64,000 nt of DNA from contig NW_015173676.1 in assembly GCF_001447785.1 (NCBI RefSeq), forward strand, positions 2,085-66,084. Reading direction: 5' to 3'. The notes below the pieces were generated by a model, which saw only the letters and a list, made by a program, of their open reading frames with translations, was not told where the DNA came from and ran no database searches. Shown one piece after another: positions 49,774 to 61,782 of the stretch (position 1 is the stretch's first letter; every line of letters begins with the position of its first letter). A program made the translations under genes and the position numbers. Source of the DNA: Gekko japonicus. Its lineage: Eukaryota.

Positions 49774-50006
49774 AACATTAACCCAGCAAAGGAATGGTTA
49801 GCCAGCAACAAGAACAGTACTATCAGTATATCTAATTCTCAATGTGGTCCCTTCAGTGGATACTTCGATCTAGTGACTGGGGCCATGGACACATAAGTAG
49901 AAATGTAAAATTGTCAGATATTTTGAAACCATTGGGAGGGGATTTCCCCCCAGAAAAAAATAGAAAGGGGGGGGGATTGAAATATATTGCTAACCTGTGT
50001 TATTTC

Positions 50007-50703
50007 TGGGGGTGTGCATTTGGCTTTGCCAAATGGAGTAAATATCAGAAAATATCTTATTGGTATATATTCAGCTGAATCAGATTCTCTAATCTGATCT
50101 GGCTACCAATAAGGTGCTCCCAATTAAAATCTGATATAATTTGGCTTTTATTTGGATGCCTATCCCCGAATCAGGGGGGAAGGAAAAACAGATTGGGGAG
50201 GTATCTTTAAATGCCTCCCTGATCTGTCTTCACTTCCCCTAGTCAGTCTGCCACAGTGGGCTGGCTGGGGAAGTGAAGGGGTGGAAGAACAGGTCAATTT
50301 CACTTCCCTCCACTTGGAAGCAGGGGGAAGTGAAACTGACCCACTCTACCCCCCATTCCCTTTCCCAGCTGGCCTGCCAGCTGGAGAAGCAAAGGGGGAG
50401 CATCTTTAAAAGCCTCTGCAATCTGTCTTCACATCCCCAGTCAGCATGCTGGGGCAGCCAGCTGGGGAAGCTCAGAAGAGGGAGAGCAGATCAGTTTCAC
50501 TCCCCCTCTGCCTGTAAGTATAGGGAAAGTGAAACTGACGTGTTCCAATGGCCAGCTGAAATTTTTCGGCAGTGCTGAGTATTTCCTGAATCCCAGTATA
50601 ATACCAATTCTGGGATTCAGGAATATCAGTATTTATCAATATTTTTCAGGTTTGGTTTACCTGAACCCAAAAAATACCAATTTTTTCCCCACGTACACCC
50701 CAA
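50007..50703. mobile_element. non-autonomous hAT element (697 bp)
   Basis: TIRs tgggggtgtgca / cgtacaccccaa; perfect 8-bp TSD gttatttc (49999-50006, 50704-50711). Confidence 0.85.
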
Positions 50704-52521
50704 GTTATTTCCAGGCTAAACCTGTGTTGCAAGATGGATTTGAATCTCACTCTGGGAATAACACTTCCAGGAAAAGAAAGAACTGGGACACTGTTGTGCA
50801 GTTTCGTGGGGTTTTATTAGTACATAAGTTCTGACAAGGATTTTCTCTTTTAATCATATTAAAAATTTCCAGAATATACTCCAACATAGGAAAATACTGA
50901 GGCCATATGGCTTAGCTCAACCTAAATTAACCCTACCTAGAATGAAGCAGTAGCTTTTCTTTAAGCAGCATAAAGCATAAAGCAGCATAGAACAATGCCA
51001 GCAAACAGAGAAAAAGAAAAACCCAGGTGACAATTTCACCAATCCTCCAGGAAAGGGTAGTGAAGCATGTTCAAAGGTGGCCAAATATGACTTGGTAGGA
51101 AAAGGCCTTACCTCCAAGGGGTCTTTCTTCAGGTGGGTACCCGAAAGACAGGAAATGAGGGAGAGAGGCTTCTGCCCTTGCTCTCTGACTTCCTATTGGA
51201 CACTCCTCTATTGTTATATCTTATTAATCTTATCTGCCCACTCTTCTAGCCCAATCAAGTTTTTACAACTATTCTTAGATCTTCACCAACTCAATTACAG
51301 ACTACTTTTGCAAAAATTATCAAATGGTCATGAAAAAAATATACATTACGTGTCTGGGTTTCCCCTAGCCAAAAACACCTGCTGGGTCAGGTCGTCCTAT
51401 CCTGGCACTGTTCCTAAAGCCACTTCTACTTTGGTCCAACACTAAAGACATGGCCTATCTCCTGACAGTGTTCATCTTAGAACTAAACCTTCTGTGACAG
51501 TCACCCTTCTTCACATCCATTGTTTCTCCCAAACCATCCCTTCAGGAGTTTCTGGTTACTGGCAATAATGAATACAGATATGCATAGCATAAACATGTAG
51601 TGTATAAATGTATAACATTTATAAATGTAGAGCATTTATAGCATAAATATATAACATGTATAAATATATGACATTGATCTGCATGGGATTGCAAAACTTT
51701 GTGATTACATAGCTTCATGGTTACATGTAAGTGTAGCATTACAAGAAAGTTTCAGACAAATAGAGGAGGAGGGACAGAGAGAGGCCTGCATATGGTTGTT
51801 CATTCTGCTTTGGCCAATGTTCAAATCTATCCCAGACCTTGCCTCCCTTTTGCTACTCAGTCAATGTCAGCTGTCTGGTCGGGAAGGCTTTTATATGAAT
51901 TGAAACCATCATTTTCTTATGAAAATGAATTTTTGTTCTATTTATTTCCATTTTTGAGAGAAAGGGGTTTTCCTATGGAACTTAGCATGCAGAAGGTTCT
52001 CGGTTCAATCCCCAGTCTGCCACTAAGCCACAGCCCTCCCTTCCATGGAAGCTTGCTAGGTGATGCTGGGCCAGTCAAACCCTCTCAGCCCAGCCTACTT
52101 CACAGGGTTTTTGTGAGGATAAAATGGAGGAGGGGAGAACCATATGAGCTGCTTTGGGTCTTCCTCGTAGAGGAAGGCAATAAATGAAGTAAATAAATAA
52201 TTAATAAAGTTGTAGACTTTGTGAGCAGATAACATAAAGGTTGGTTTGTGAATGGGAAAGAAAGATAGGTGGATATGGGAGCTGCCAGGAGGAGAAAAAG
52301 AGGAAATACTGTGTGGAAGGGGATACAGGGAGAAATGAAATCCTTATTTGTCACTGACGTGTGACTAATCACAAATATGCATATGGTTTGTGTAAACTGT
52401 ATTGTCTGCTCATTAATAGTCACGTACTGTGATACAGTCCTTACACGATAAAGCTGCTTTCTAACGCAAGTTTAGATTATCATACACCCTCATTAAGGGA
52501 CGCAGCAGTGGTGGGACTTAC

Positions 52522-52752
52522 GGAGTTACAAAACACACTGCCTTTGGGCATGACTGACATCTTGCAATTGACATTAAGGTTTCTGGGAAGTAGCACTGAA
52601 GGCGACTCATCTTTGTCCCTACAGCCTGACTGTCAGCTAAGCAGAAGGTGCTGCCAAGCTACCCAGAGGGCATGCTGGAAGGTGCTGTTTATCTTAAGAA
52701 AAATCTTTCATTGGCCTTTTGAGACGGGAAAGAAGGTCTTAAACTGAAGGTC
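52522..52752 (-). other. candidate exon (possibly UTR or first coding exon)
   Basis: Acceptor ctctcccctacag|, donor CC|gtaagt; ATGs in aagATG context give MSRLQCYFPETLMSIARCQSCPKAVCFVT or MSVMPKGSVFCNS; all frames across the full exon contain stops. Confidence 0.3.
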
Positions 52753-53779
52753 TGTAGGGGAGAGCTCCACTGAGTCTTCTTCCTCTTGTTTGCAGTTATC
52801 TCCGGTAATGAAGAGAATTTTTTTTAATCGGGTGTATGGATACATCCATACAAAAATGTCTGCACATTCTGCACCATGGTGGAATGCTTCCTCCCCATAC
52901 CAATTATTCTTTAAATTAAAATATTATTGGATAACATATTCCAGATTCTACTGTACATGGAAAATACTGTCTTGATAGTGAGCATTTTGCAAGCCAACAA
53001 CACCAAACCCCACCTGAAGCTTTTCTGTTGCATCTGTTGTTTCTGGTCTTAAAAAAAAAATCATTACAGCCCTCAATAATCCTGCTCCTGTTAGTATAGC
53101 CCAAAATTTTCATCTGTGTGCCTGGGGCTCTTTTTCTTGGTTACAGTGGAGCATGAAACTGAAATGACAGAAACTCAGAACACAGGAAAGTAGTGCATGC
53201 ATGTCTTTTAAGCACGTACATTTCAGAACTGTGATGAAAGTTTATAGTTTCATTCCAGCTACATTCATCTTCCATATCTTTCCAGCATAAATCAAAATCA
53301 TGTGACATGTGCCGCATGTTGTCACTGAACAGTGATAAAACCCTAATGCATAAAAAAACTAGTTTTTCTCCCTGCATTAAAAAAATAAAAACTATGCCTG
53401 GATTTTGAATTAATACTGGAAATCATGCACAATGCTTCTTCCCATGTTACAGTTAAAAAGAAGGGCAGACACTGGACAATTTCTTGCCCTGACTATTCAA
53501 TTGCAATCATTTGCACAGCAGTAAGATCAGCCATTTGCCCCCGCAGCCGGAATAACGAGACGGACAACAGATTTGGATCAAACAAGGGCCACTTTATTAA
53601 CTATATACAATTTATTCTCAGTAACCGGCAAGGGAGCACTTCCAGATAGCGGAGCAGACAGAGCAGGTGTCAAGCTGACCACCCCCCTGTCTGAGATATG
53701 GGCGATGCACCAACCCCGGTCTTGGGCCATTGATCTGGCTTGCGACCAGCAGCCCAGCCACGGGTCGCCTCCCGGGAGC

Positions 53780-54637
53780 GCCTACCCCTGAAACCTTACA
53801 GTTTGCAGAGAGGAGCTTACCCAAGAGGCTCCCGGAGGGGAATCCTCATTCACCACCCAAGACCTTAAAAGCCCGCAGGCCGATCCTGAAGACCCCCCAA
53901 GTTCCCAGAACTCGGGACGGCTTAAGGTGCTCACCATTTCCGCTTCCTTATCTCTGCCATACCCTAATAAAGTGACCAACCTATTTAATACAGCCACGCC
54001 CGTAACCCTTTGTTCCACTGCTCCAGTGCAAGGTTGGCGAAAACACTACCCCCCATTTTGCCAATCTTAGGTGATAGCGAAAAATTCCTACCTGGCCCCT
54101 TTCGGCGACCAGCCTCAGCCTACACTGGATTAAACAGGGCGGGCGGGCGAGCAAACTGCGGCGGACTGAGGTAGGGGGCGGGTGCGGAGCCGAGCCTAGC
54201 CAGGCCGGCTCCACCCCCCCAACGTCCCAGTGCCTACCCCTGAAACCTTACAGTTTGCAGAGAGGAGCTTACCCAAGAGGCTCCCGGAGGGGAATCCTCA
54301 TTCACCACCCGAGGCCTTAAAAGCACGCAGGCCGATCCTGAAGACCCCCCAAGTTCCCAGAACTCGGGACGGCTTAAGGTGCCCACCATTTCAGCTTCCT
54401 TATCTCTGCCATACCCTAATAAAGTGACCAACCTATTTAATACAGCCACGCCCGTAACCCTTTGTTCCACTGCTCCAGTGCAAGGTTGGCGAAAACACTA
54501 CCCCCCATTTTGCCAATCTTAGGTGATAGCGAAAAATTCCTACCTGGCCCCTTTCGGCGACCAGCCTCAGCCTACACTGGATTAAACAGGGCGGGCGGGC
54601 GAGCAAACTGCGGCGGACTGAGGTAGGGGGCGGGTGC
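53780..54637. repeat. 406-bp direct repeat (53780-54185, 54232-54637) with a 46-bp spacer
   Basis: 5 mismatches by eye (53859, 53862, 53873, 53931, 53941); offset 452. Confidence 0.97.
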
Positions 54638-55077
54638 TTACGCCGAGCTCTGTCAATGCATCTGGGATCCCCCAGATTGCACCACACCCGCCGTGGCAGC
54701 ATTGCGGACCAAATGACCTGCACTCTGGGCCATCTCACCCGAATCCGCTTCAGGTCTTCCGTGGCTTGGATAACCAGGGCCTTGCCCTTCATCAAGCCGA
54801 GGTCATTGCCCCCAAGGTGCACCAATAAAACATCAAGCGGCGGCCCATGCCACTCCTCGAACAACAGGGGAAGTAACCTGGGCCAGTGCATGCCCCTCCG
54901 TCCCCACCATTCAATCACTGCCGTCTCACTCAGCCCCAACTGAGAACCAAACGCCGTTCTCTTTGCCCAGTGAGCGGCCCAAAAAATCATACTGTGGCCG
55001 CAGATAACGACTCTCCTCCGCTCCTGCCGGCCCACAGCACCTGCAAAACAAACTGTTTTAGTACGTGCCAGACTCAA
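54638..55077 (-). pseudogene. SGNH/GDSL hydrolase-like ORF, C-terminally truncated
   Basis: Block I VVICGHSMIFWA, block II GRRGM, block III VHLGGNDLG; breaks at DRARRK into the repeat, so the DxxH block V is missing. Confidence 0.85.
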
Positions 55078-55999
55078 AACTTGCTTTGACGCACATACCC
55101 CTTAAAACTGCGAGATCTCCATCGGCCAATGCCCTGTATCTCTTCCCCCGAGTACCCCATGGCGGCCGCCGTGGAAGCAGCTCCAATCCTAAAGGAATGG
55201 GTCCCGAAGCGAAACCCGCCCAGCCCCAATTGGCCCAGCGCCCTTCGCGTCAGCGACCAAAATTGAAATTTTGTGAGTGGGGCCCCGTCCCTGTGTCGAA
55301 ATAATGTGCCAGCCCCCTCCCCTCTGAGACTCAGGTAATGGCGTAAAGCCCTAACTCTTCGGAGCACCGGCCCAGCTTCACCGCCCAGCCTTTTCCCCTT
55401 TGGTCGGTCTTTGACCTGCGGATATTAAGGGCCAAACTATTTTCCATTACCCTAACATCCCCAAACCGTAGTGCTCTGTCAGATGTGTCATTCCGTGAAG
55501 CGGGTACGAGTTCGCTAATACGCAATGCTCCAAAAAAGGCTGTCAATGCGGCCGCATGAAATAAGGCAACCTCATATGTATCTGAACAAATACTGGGCCA
55601 TAACGCCCGCATCCCCTTCAGGACCCCTGGCGACAGTGGCTCTCCGTCGTCCCGTATTTGACCTGCTTCATGGGACCACCCGACCAACATCTTCCTAACC
55701 CGGAAATCTGTCGTCCTGTCCTCCTGCCCAGCTTTCACCGCGAAGGCAAGGGCAGCCATCTTACCCCTTATAGATCGGACCGATAGGCCCTTCCGCCTCA
55801 AATAGACGCAATACTGCATGACCTGGCAAACCGGGATGGGCCACACTTGTTGCAGCCCCACGCTTTTCCTAAAGGTGACAAATTGCTGCCCCGCCATCAA
55901 GTATGTTTTCCGCGTCGAAGGGGCGAGGGCCATGCCTATTGCCCTTTCGGCTTCAAGCCGCCAGTGCGCCAAAAACTGGGAGGCATCCGTACCGGGCAC
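55074..55999 (-). pseudogene. tyrosine recombinase (phage-integrase family), one frameshift near 55345
   Basis: ALAPSTRKTY N-terminal helix; AFFGALRISEL (R), IRRSKTDQ (K), THSFRIGAAS (HxxR), GRWRS (W), KGYVR (Y); all catalytic residues present. Confidence 0.93.
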
Positions 56000-56092
56000 T
56001 CACCTCAAGCAGCTTATAGCAAGGGATGGATAGAAACGGAGTAGTAGCAACCCATCCCATACAGTAGGAGGGAAGGGAGCAAGTGGACATAC

Positions 56093-56265
56093 CCTCCACT
56101 TCTTGTGTTCTCTTGGGCAAGGATAGCGAATGGGGGTGAAGGTGGATCATCACATATGATGTAATGTGGAAACTGGTCAGACCTGATGCTTTTTGAGGAG
56201 CGGTAATGCCTTGGGGAAATGTGACAATTGTAGCACTTCTTTTTAATCATTGTATTGAAAATCTC
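56093..56265 (-). other. candidate exon (173 nt)
   Basis: Acceptor gttcctttacag|G, donor GG|gtatgt; open frame EIFNTMIKKKCYNCHISPRHYRSSKSIRSDQFPHYIICDDPPSPPFAILAQENTRSG; not recognised. Confidence 0.35.
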
Positions 56266-57459
56266 CTGTAAAGGAACATGCATTATCTATGGGAAACAAT
56301 GATGGCCAATGTGATAGAGTATGAAGACAAGCTGTATGCAAACAATGTCAGACTTTTTAACTTTATAGCTGATTAGTATAAATGTAACTAGCCTTGAAAT
56401 GGGAGGGGAAGAAGTTCAAAAATGTTTTTATTATTCCCATTCTAATGCTGTGGCTGTCTTCAATCATGTATTAGTGCCTAATCAAAAGGTATTGTATTTC
56501 ATTTAGTCTAATTTCAACTGCTGTTTGTTGTGCTGCCTACCTTGTTCCAGCTCATCATAGGATTAGATGACTCATTGGGCACACAGACAATCATCTTGGT
56601 ATTCAGAACAATGCCTTTTCCTTGAGACATTTCTCACCCACGTACAAAAGCAGAGTGCTACTCACAATTAGCATTTAACATAATTAAAACCATGCTGTTG
56701 CAAATAGCAATCGGTGGCATTTTTTAAGCTGCAAAATACTATACTGTGTGCCTTAATTGTTTTTATTGTAAATATTGTGCTCCTTAATTCACAAGGATCT
56801 ATAACATGTTGGCAGCAAGAAACCAGTCAGTGGTAATTACCTATATTTTAAAATATCTTGTGGGTCACATAACCTGCTGGGTTTATATCCATACTGTTTT
56901 ACTCATTAAATAAATGAAACAAGATTCCAAAAATATTCGTTTGAAGACAGCAGTGATATTAGCTATTTTTCCAAAGGATCAAGGACACATGCTACATATA
57001 AGGGAATGTATTTTAAACTTTCTGTTATTTGCCAACAGTGCTCATTGCATCTTATTGGAAATCTACAACATCACCATTACTACACATAGTGGGTCCATAT
57101 TCTCATGGGGAAAACATGCATCAGATATGTCAAAGAAATGGATAAGCAAGGATATTTTCTTATCAGGATTGCTTCCTGGTCTTTGTGGGCCACTCTTCCC
57201 AAACCTCATCACCATCATACATCGTAGGAATGAATTTGCATTGGAACTGCTCTTCTTGTTGGAATTTTATTTCTTCTTTGATATATCATAATTCACTTAG
57301 TATGTGTATGTCTGATAATCTTCTTTTCATTTCATATACCCTATCTCTCCTTTATTTTAAGTTTTCATTTTTACTGTATTGTTCTCACTTACATTGGGTT
57401 TCTTATGCTGTTATGCATAGCAGGAGGCTTCTGCTGTATCAGGTTGTGAAGTTGGGATG

Positions 57460-57682
57460 TAGGGATAGGCATGAACTGGGACAACTGGTGTGCCCAGTTC
57501 ATGAACTACAGACCATCATGAACTTTTAGCAGCCAAATGAACTGGTTTGGTTCATGAGGTTCATGATCTGGTAGAACAGATCCTGTGCAAAGTAGAGACA
57601 CCAAACTCACAGGGGTCTCCAGCTGACTTTCCTTTTTCTGCCCTCCAAGTGTCATTCGTGAGCCAGTTTGTGCCCATCCTTA
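57460..57682. mobile_element. hAT MITE (223 bp), deletion derivative of the family at 36587
   Basis: TIRs tagggataggcatgaac / gtttgtgcccatcctta; TSD ttgggatg / ttggtatg; internal aaactcacaggggtctccagctgact..ctgccctccaagt shared with 36740 and 36935. Confidence 0.8.
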
Positions 57683-59147
57683 TTGGTATGTTAGAGTGGC
57701 TCAGGGCTGCGTGGACCCAGTTCACTGAGTAACCACTACAAGGCTGATTCAGTAATGCACTAGAGTTGGCAAACCTGTTTTCTGTGAGATCCAGTGTAGT
57801 GTTGTGATTAGAACATTAAACTAGATTATGAGAAATCTCAGGTTCAGGTCTGCTATCACAACATGACCTTGGACTACTCACACTCTCAGCCTCACCTATA
57901 TTGCAAGGTTGTTGTAAACATAACATAACATGGAGAAGAAAACCATGTATGCCATCCTGGGACAGGATACAGATGCTCTAGACAGAGAGTGTAGCAGGTT
58001 CTCTGCATGCCTGCTATTGATGATATGCTTTGATATGAATTGGCCCTGAGACTTTTGAAAAGAACAATTGCCTAATGTGAGGCTAAAAGGGCTAAAATAT
58101 GCAATATCTTCCCAGAGCTCTGAAGCTGCATTCATTTCTGGCATTAATTGCCCAAAATATTTCAACAGATGACTGTACTGTCATTCAAAGTACCGTCACT
58201 GTTACACTAATTCCAATAGAAAGGCACATTAGTCTCTTCATAATCTTCATACCGTGTGTGTGAGCATGTAGGTGAATAGAAAAATGCTTACATTTTCTGA
58301 TTGCTTATATCTCAAAGAGAAATTAAAATATGATATTTCATTTATCTTGAAGTTGGTGTCAATCCAGGTCCTCACTTCTGTCATTTTTAACCTGCATTTT
58401 ATCTAAAAAGCAACTTTTTCATTTCTATTGAATTTATTCATATATTTCTTATTTGACCATTGAAAGGAGTGCAGGAAATGCTGAGGGGTTATGTGTGTTT
58501 AAAGAGGGCTTTACGCATGCCTCCTGCACCCTTGGACCCTCTACTTCTTAGTAGAACTGCCACTTGCATGTTCATGTTCTTCCCAAAGGAAGTATGTATT
58601 TTATTCCAAAGAGAGTACCTTCTCTACTCTAAGGAAGGAGACTTCAGGTACATTTCTTGTCTCCAGCAAGGGAACAGCTTCTCCCCGCTCAAATTTGCCT
58701 TTGGGTAAAGTTGCCTGACTTGAATGGCTGGCCATAGGGGAAGAAGTCCAGGAACACTCAAACCCAATTTTAATAGCTTTATTCTAAGCCCACAGATAGG
58801 CAAAGGAGACAATTAAGGAAGGGAAACAGAAACAAAAGTACCGTTGCTAGCTAATTCAAAACTTGCAATGATTCTCTAGTCATCACAGGGTTCCATGGGA
58901 AGGAGAGGGTTATCATTGCCTAATCAAAAAGTGAAAGGGAGATTATACAAATAAGTAGTTTGGGCAGGCTGATAGCATTTAGGCAATTTCCTGTTTGTTA
59001 GGATAGGCAGGGTTCTGACAGTGATTGAACTGTGATTTGTCATATTTCACACAAACAAAAAACCCACCAAAATAAGACTGCAAGAGTTTCCCCCCCCCCC
59101 AAAGTGCTGATATTTAGGTTTAGTGCAGGGCAACAGTCCAAGGTCAT

Positions 59148-59256
59148 GTCCACCAATATAGTGGACTGGAGTGGATAGACCTGTTCTCTGGAGACCAGGT
59201 CTACCAATATAGTGGAAAGGGGCAGGTAGACCTGTTCTCCAGAGGCCTGGTCTACC
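59148..59256. repeat. two ~51-bp tandem units built from short hairpins
   Basis: gtc(c/t)accaatatagtgga..tagacctgttctc..ga..(c)c(a/t)ggtctacc occurs twice. Confidence 0.8.
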
Positions 59257-59374
59257 CCCCCCCCCAAGGACAACACTTTCTGTAATGAAATTTGATCTAA
59301 TTCGGTTTTAAATTATCATTAAAATATCGTTTAAAAGAATTTATTCTGAGATTTTTACAAAGTTATGGAAATAA

Positions 59375-59507
59375 TCTAAAAACTAATTTATGCAATAGTC
59401 AAATGTAGAATCACTCTCAACTTTAACGCTACTAGCTTTTTTCGTTCATGAGGTAGAATTTTTTCTCACATTTTTCTCTCTCACTGTGGAGCTTAGAGGG
59501 AACATTG
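59375..59507 (+). mobile_element. 3' half of the 17805-family MITE, degenerate
   Basis: aactaatttatgcaatag..caactttaa..gcttagagggaacattg. Confidence 0.7.
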
Positions 59508-61577
59508 ACAGTAGGTAATGTGAAAGACCTCTGCTTCAAGACCCTGGACAGCAGCTGCCAATCTGAGTGGACAATACTGAACTTGATGGAATGATGGTCT
59601 GATTCAGTGTGAGACAGTTTAATTTGTGTTCATTGGTGAGGTGCATCCAAGATGCTGGTGTAATACTTTCAATATACACTGCAGATCTTCTCTTGGCACA
59701 CACTATCTACTACACATTTTGGAAGTCACTATCTTACTGTAATGTGTGTAGAAACATCTTCATGGTTCATTAGCTAACAACTCGAAAGCTTTTGGTAACT
59801 GCTGACTCCAGAAAATCTCACAGTAGATGGCCTTCCACGCCCCCGCCCCCCCCCAAGTCTTTTGTCTTGTATTTTCTAAATGGATTCACAGGAGCTGGAA
59901 GTGATTTTTTGTGTTAATTGATTTGAGACTTTCCATTAGACAGACAAACAAAACACTTCCATTTGGGGCTGTGGAAGAATCATGGATTTTGCTAAAGTTC
60001 ATCTTTACCAGCTGTCATCTTTCAGTATGAAGTCACTTAACCTCTGCCAGCATTCCTTGCTGCTTTTAGAGTGAATGATCCTAGACAGATGCCCTGGCAA
60101 TGAATGCGCAAACCGGAACAAGAATATTTATCTTAGCTACTACAGCTCTGTGTAATCCATCTTTTGCAGGTGCAGTTCTTCGGATGTTTGGGGGAATATT
60201 AATCTGTGTTCTCCATGCAATGTGATATGTGATTCTTTTTCTGTGCAGTGTTGTAGGAGCTGAGAAAATGCAAACTATTATTCTATTGGAAACAGCAGCA
60301 ACCCAGATAACTCCGGTGACATTGCAATTACATAGCTGTATAATCTTATGATTGACAGGAAAATAATGGTTACTAAAGGGCTGTTTGGTTTTAAAAGAGA
60401 ATTGTGTTTACTTAGATAAAGACTGTTTTCAGAAGCAAGAGCAATCAGAAGCCTTTCAGTCAGAAAATTTATTGAAAGATATTGTTTATTGCTACTATTC
60501 TGTTGAACATTTTGCTAAATGGCTGGTGCCCTTAACAAATGCCATTCTGTCCGTTATCTCGTTTTCATGCCTGGATATTTAATGTAAAAAAAAGTCACAG
60601 ATGATCTTTTAGAAGAAAAAGTCTTGAAGAGAAGACTGCAAAGAGTGGAGGATTTTACTTGAGATTATGTGTTTCAGCACATCAAATGAGTATGTAGCTT
60701 CTCCAGTATTCCACATGAATAGGATAAATGGGTTAAACTATTCCATAGGGCAACAAAGGCTGGCAAAGGCATCCTTTGACAGTGGCTGTGAATGTGGCTG
60801 TGAACAGATCCCTGCTGATCTTTCATCCTGATCCCCAGCTGCCACACAGCAACAACTCTGCAATGGCCACCACAGAGCGGTATCCATAGGCTCACACCAT
60901 TAAAACTTTGTAAAAATTTGGAGGTCAGGACCTAGCTGGAAACACCCTCAACTCATGTAACCACAGTCCCTACCACAATGGGCCTTTCTTGAACTAGCCC
61001 AGCAATAGAAATGCTTCTGACGTTCTTCTTGGAATCCCCCCACCCCCATATTTTAAATTCCAAATTACCTGGTACTATTTTGAAGAAGAACCCCAACCCT
61101 GGAAACTGTTTGTTTCATTGTTTTTTTTTTTAAATCCGGATATAGAGCTGAGTGCTGTGCAAGAAGTTTTAGAGTTTTCACTTCCTTCAGCTTATGTTCA
61201 TCTGCATCTCTCTCCCGAGGAGGAGGTAAGTTTCCCCCATCCCACCAGTTTCCCCCATCTCCCCCCCTCCCCCCCCCCCCCCCCTAAATAAAAGGAAGGG
61301 GCACATTGATAAAACAATGCCGAGAACAAGCCTCCATAAGAACAATGGGTAGTTGCCACCCCTGTAACATAATCAGAGGGAAAGTGCTCTGTGGGAAAGT
61401 GCCTGCAGTCTAAACAGAATTGGTTAATTAATGCAGGTGAGCAAAGCCATGGGCTGCAGTTGCGGGTATATGATAAGCTGTCCCCCAACACAATCCTGGT
61501 GAACCAGTTGCCAGTCACCAGCCTGGATGACCAGTCTGCTACACTTCTTACGGCTGGCTATCTCTGCCAGTTCAGAC

Positions 61578-61782
61578 CAATGCTTCCTCTAAGCTGTGGA
61601 GTCTTGCGAGCAAAAATTCTACTTTGTGATCTGCTGGCATTAAAGTTATGAGCGAGCAATTTAGCTGCTGCCTAAATTAGTTTGCTCTGGAGCCGTCCTT
61701 CATGAGCTAAGACAAAATGTGTGAGCCGGAGGCTAAAAAACTGTGAGCTAGCTCACAGTAACTCAGCTTAGATGGAACACTG
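61578..61782 (-). mobile_element. hAT MITE (205 bp), same family as 17805
   Basis: TIRs caatgcttcctctaagctg / cagcttagatggaacactg; perfect 8-bp TSD gttcagac (61570-61577, 61783-61790). Confidence 0.93.

Larger units (their letters stand above)
53533..56000 (-). mobile_element. tyrosine-recombinase retrotransposon (DIRS/Ngaro-like), 5'-truncated, with SGNH-hydrolase ORF and direct repeats
   Basis: Last codons of the pol ORF (PVRMPPSFWRTG..*) overlap the YR ORF, followed by the SGNH ORF, two 406-bp repeats, and a terminal ttaataaagtggcc..gtctcgttattcc; no TSD seen; CpG-rich relative to flanks. Confidence 0.9.

Noticed and set aside
54433-54637. C-terminal 66 aa of the 214-aa ORF as part of the hydrolase
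   Set aside because: It is read-through into the non-coding direct repeat; the same peptide appears in the ORF at 53981-54214.
55074-55999. Bacterial or phage integrase contamination
   Set aside because: It is embedded in squamate repeats, overlaps a pol-like tail, has a polyA-signal terminus, and a second family relic occurs at 16.5 kb.
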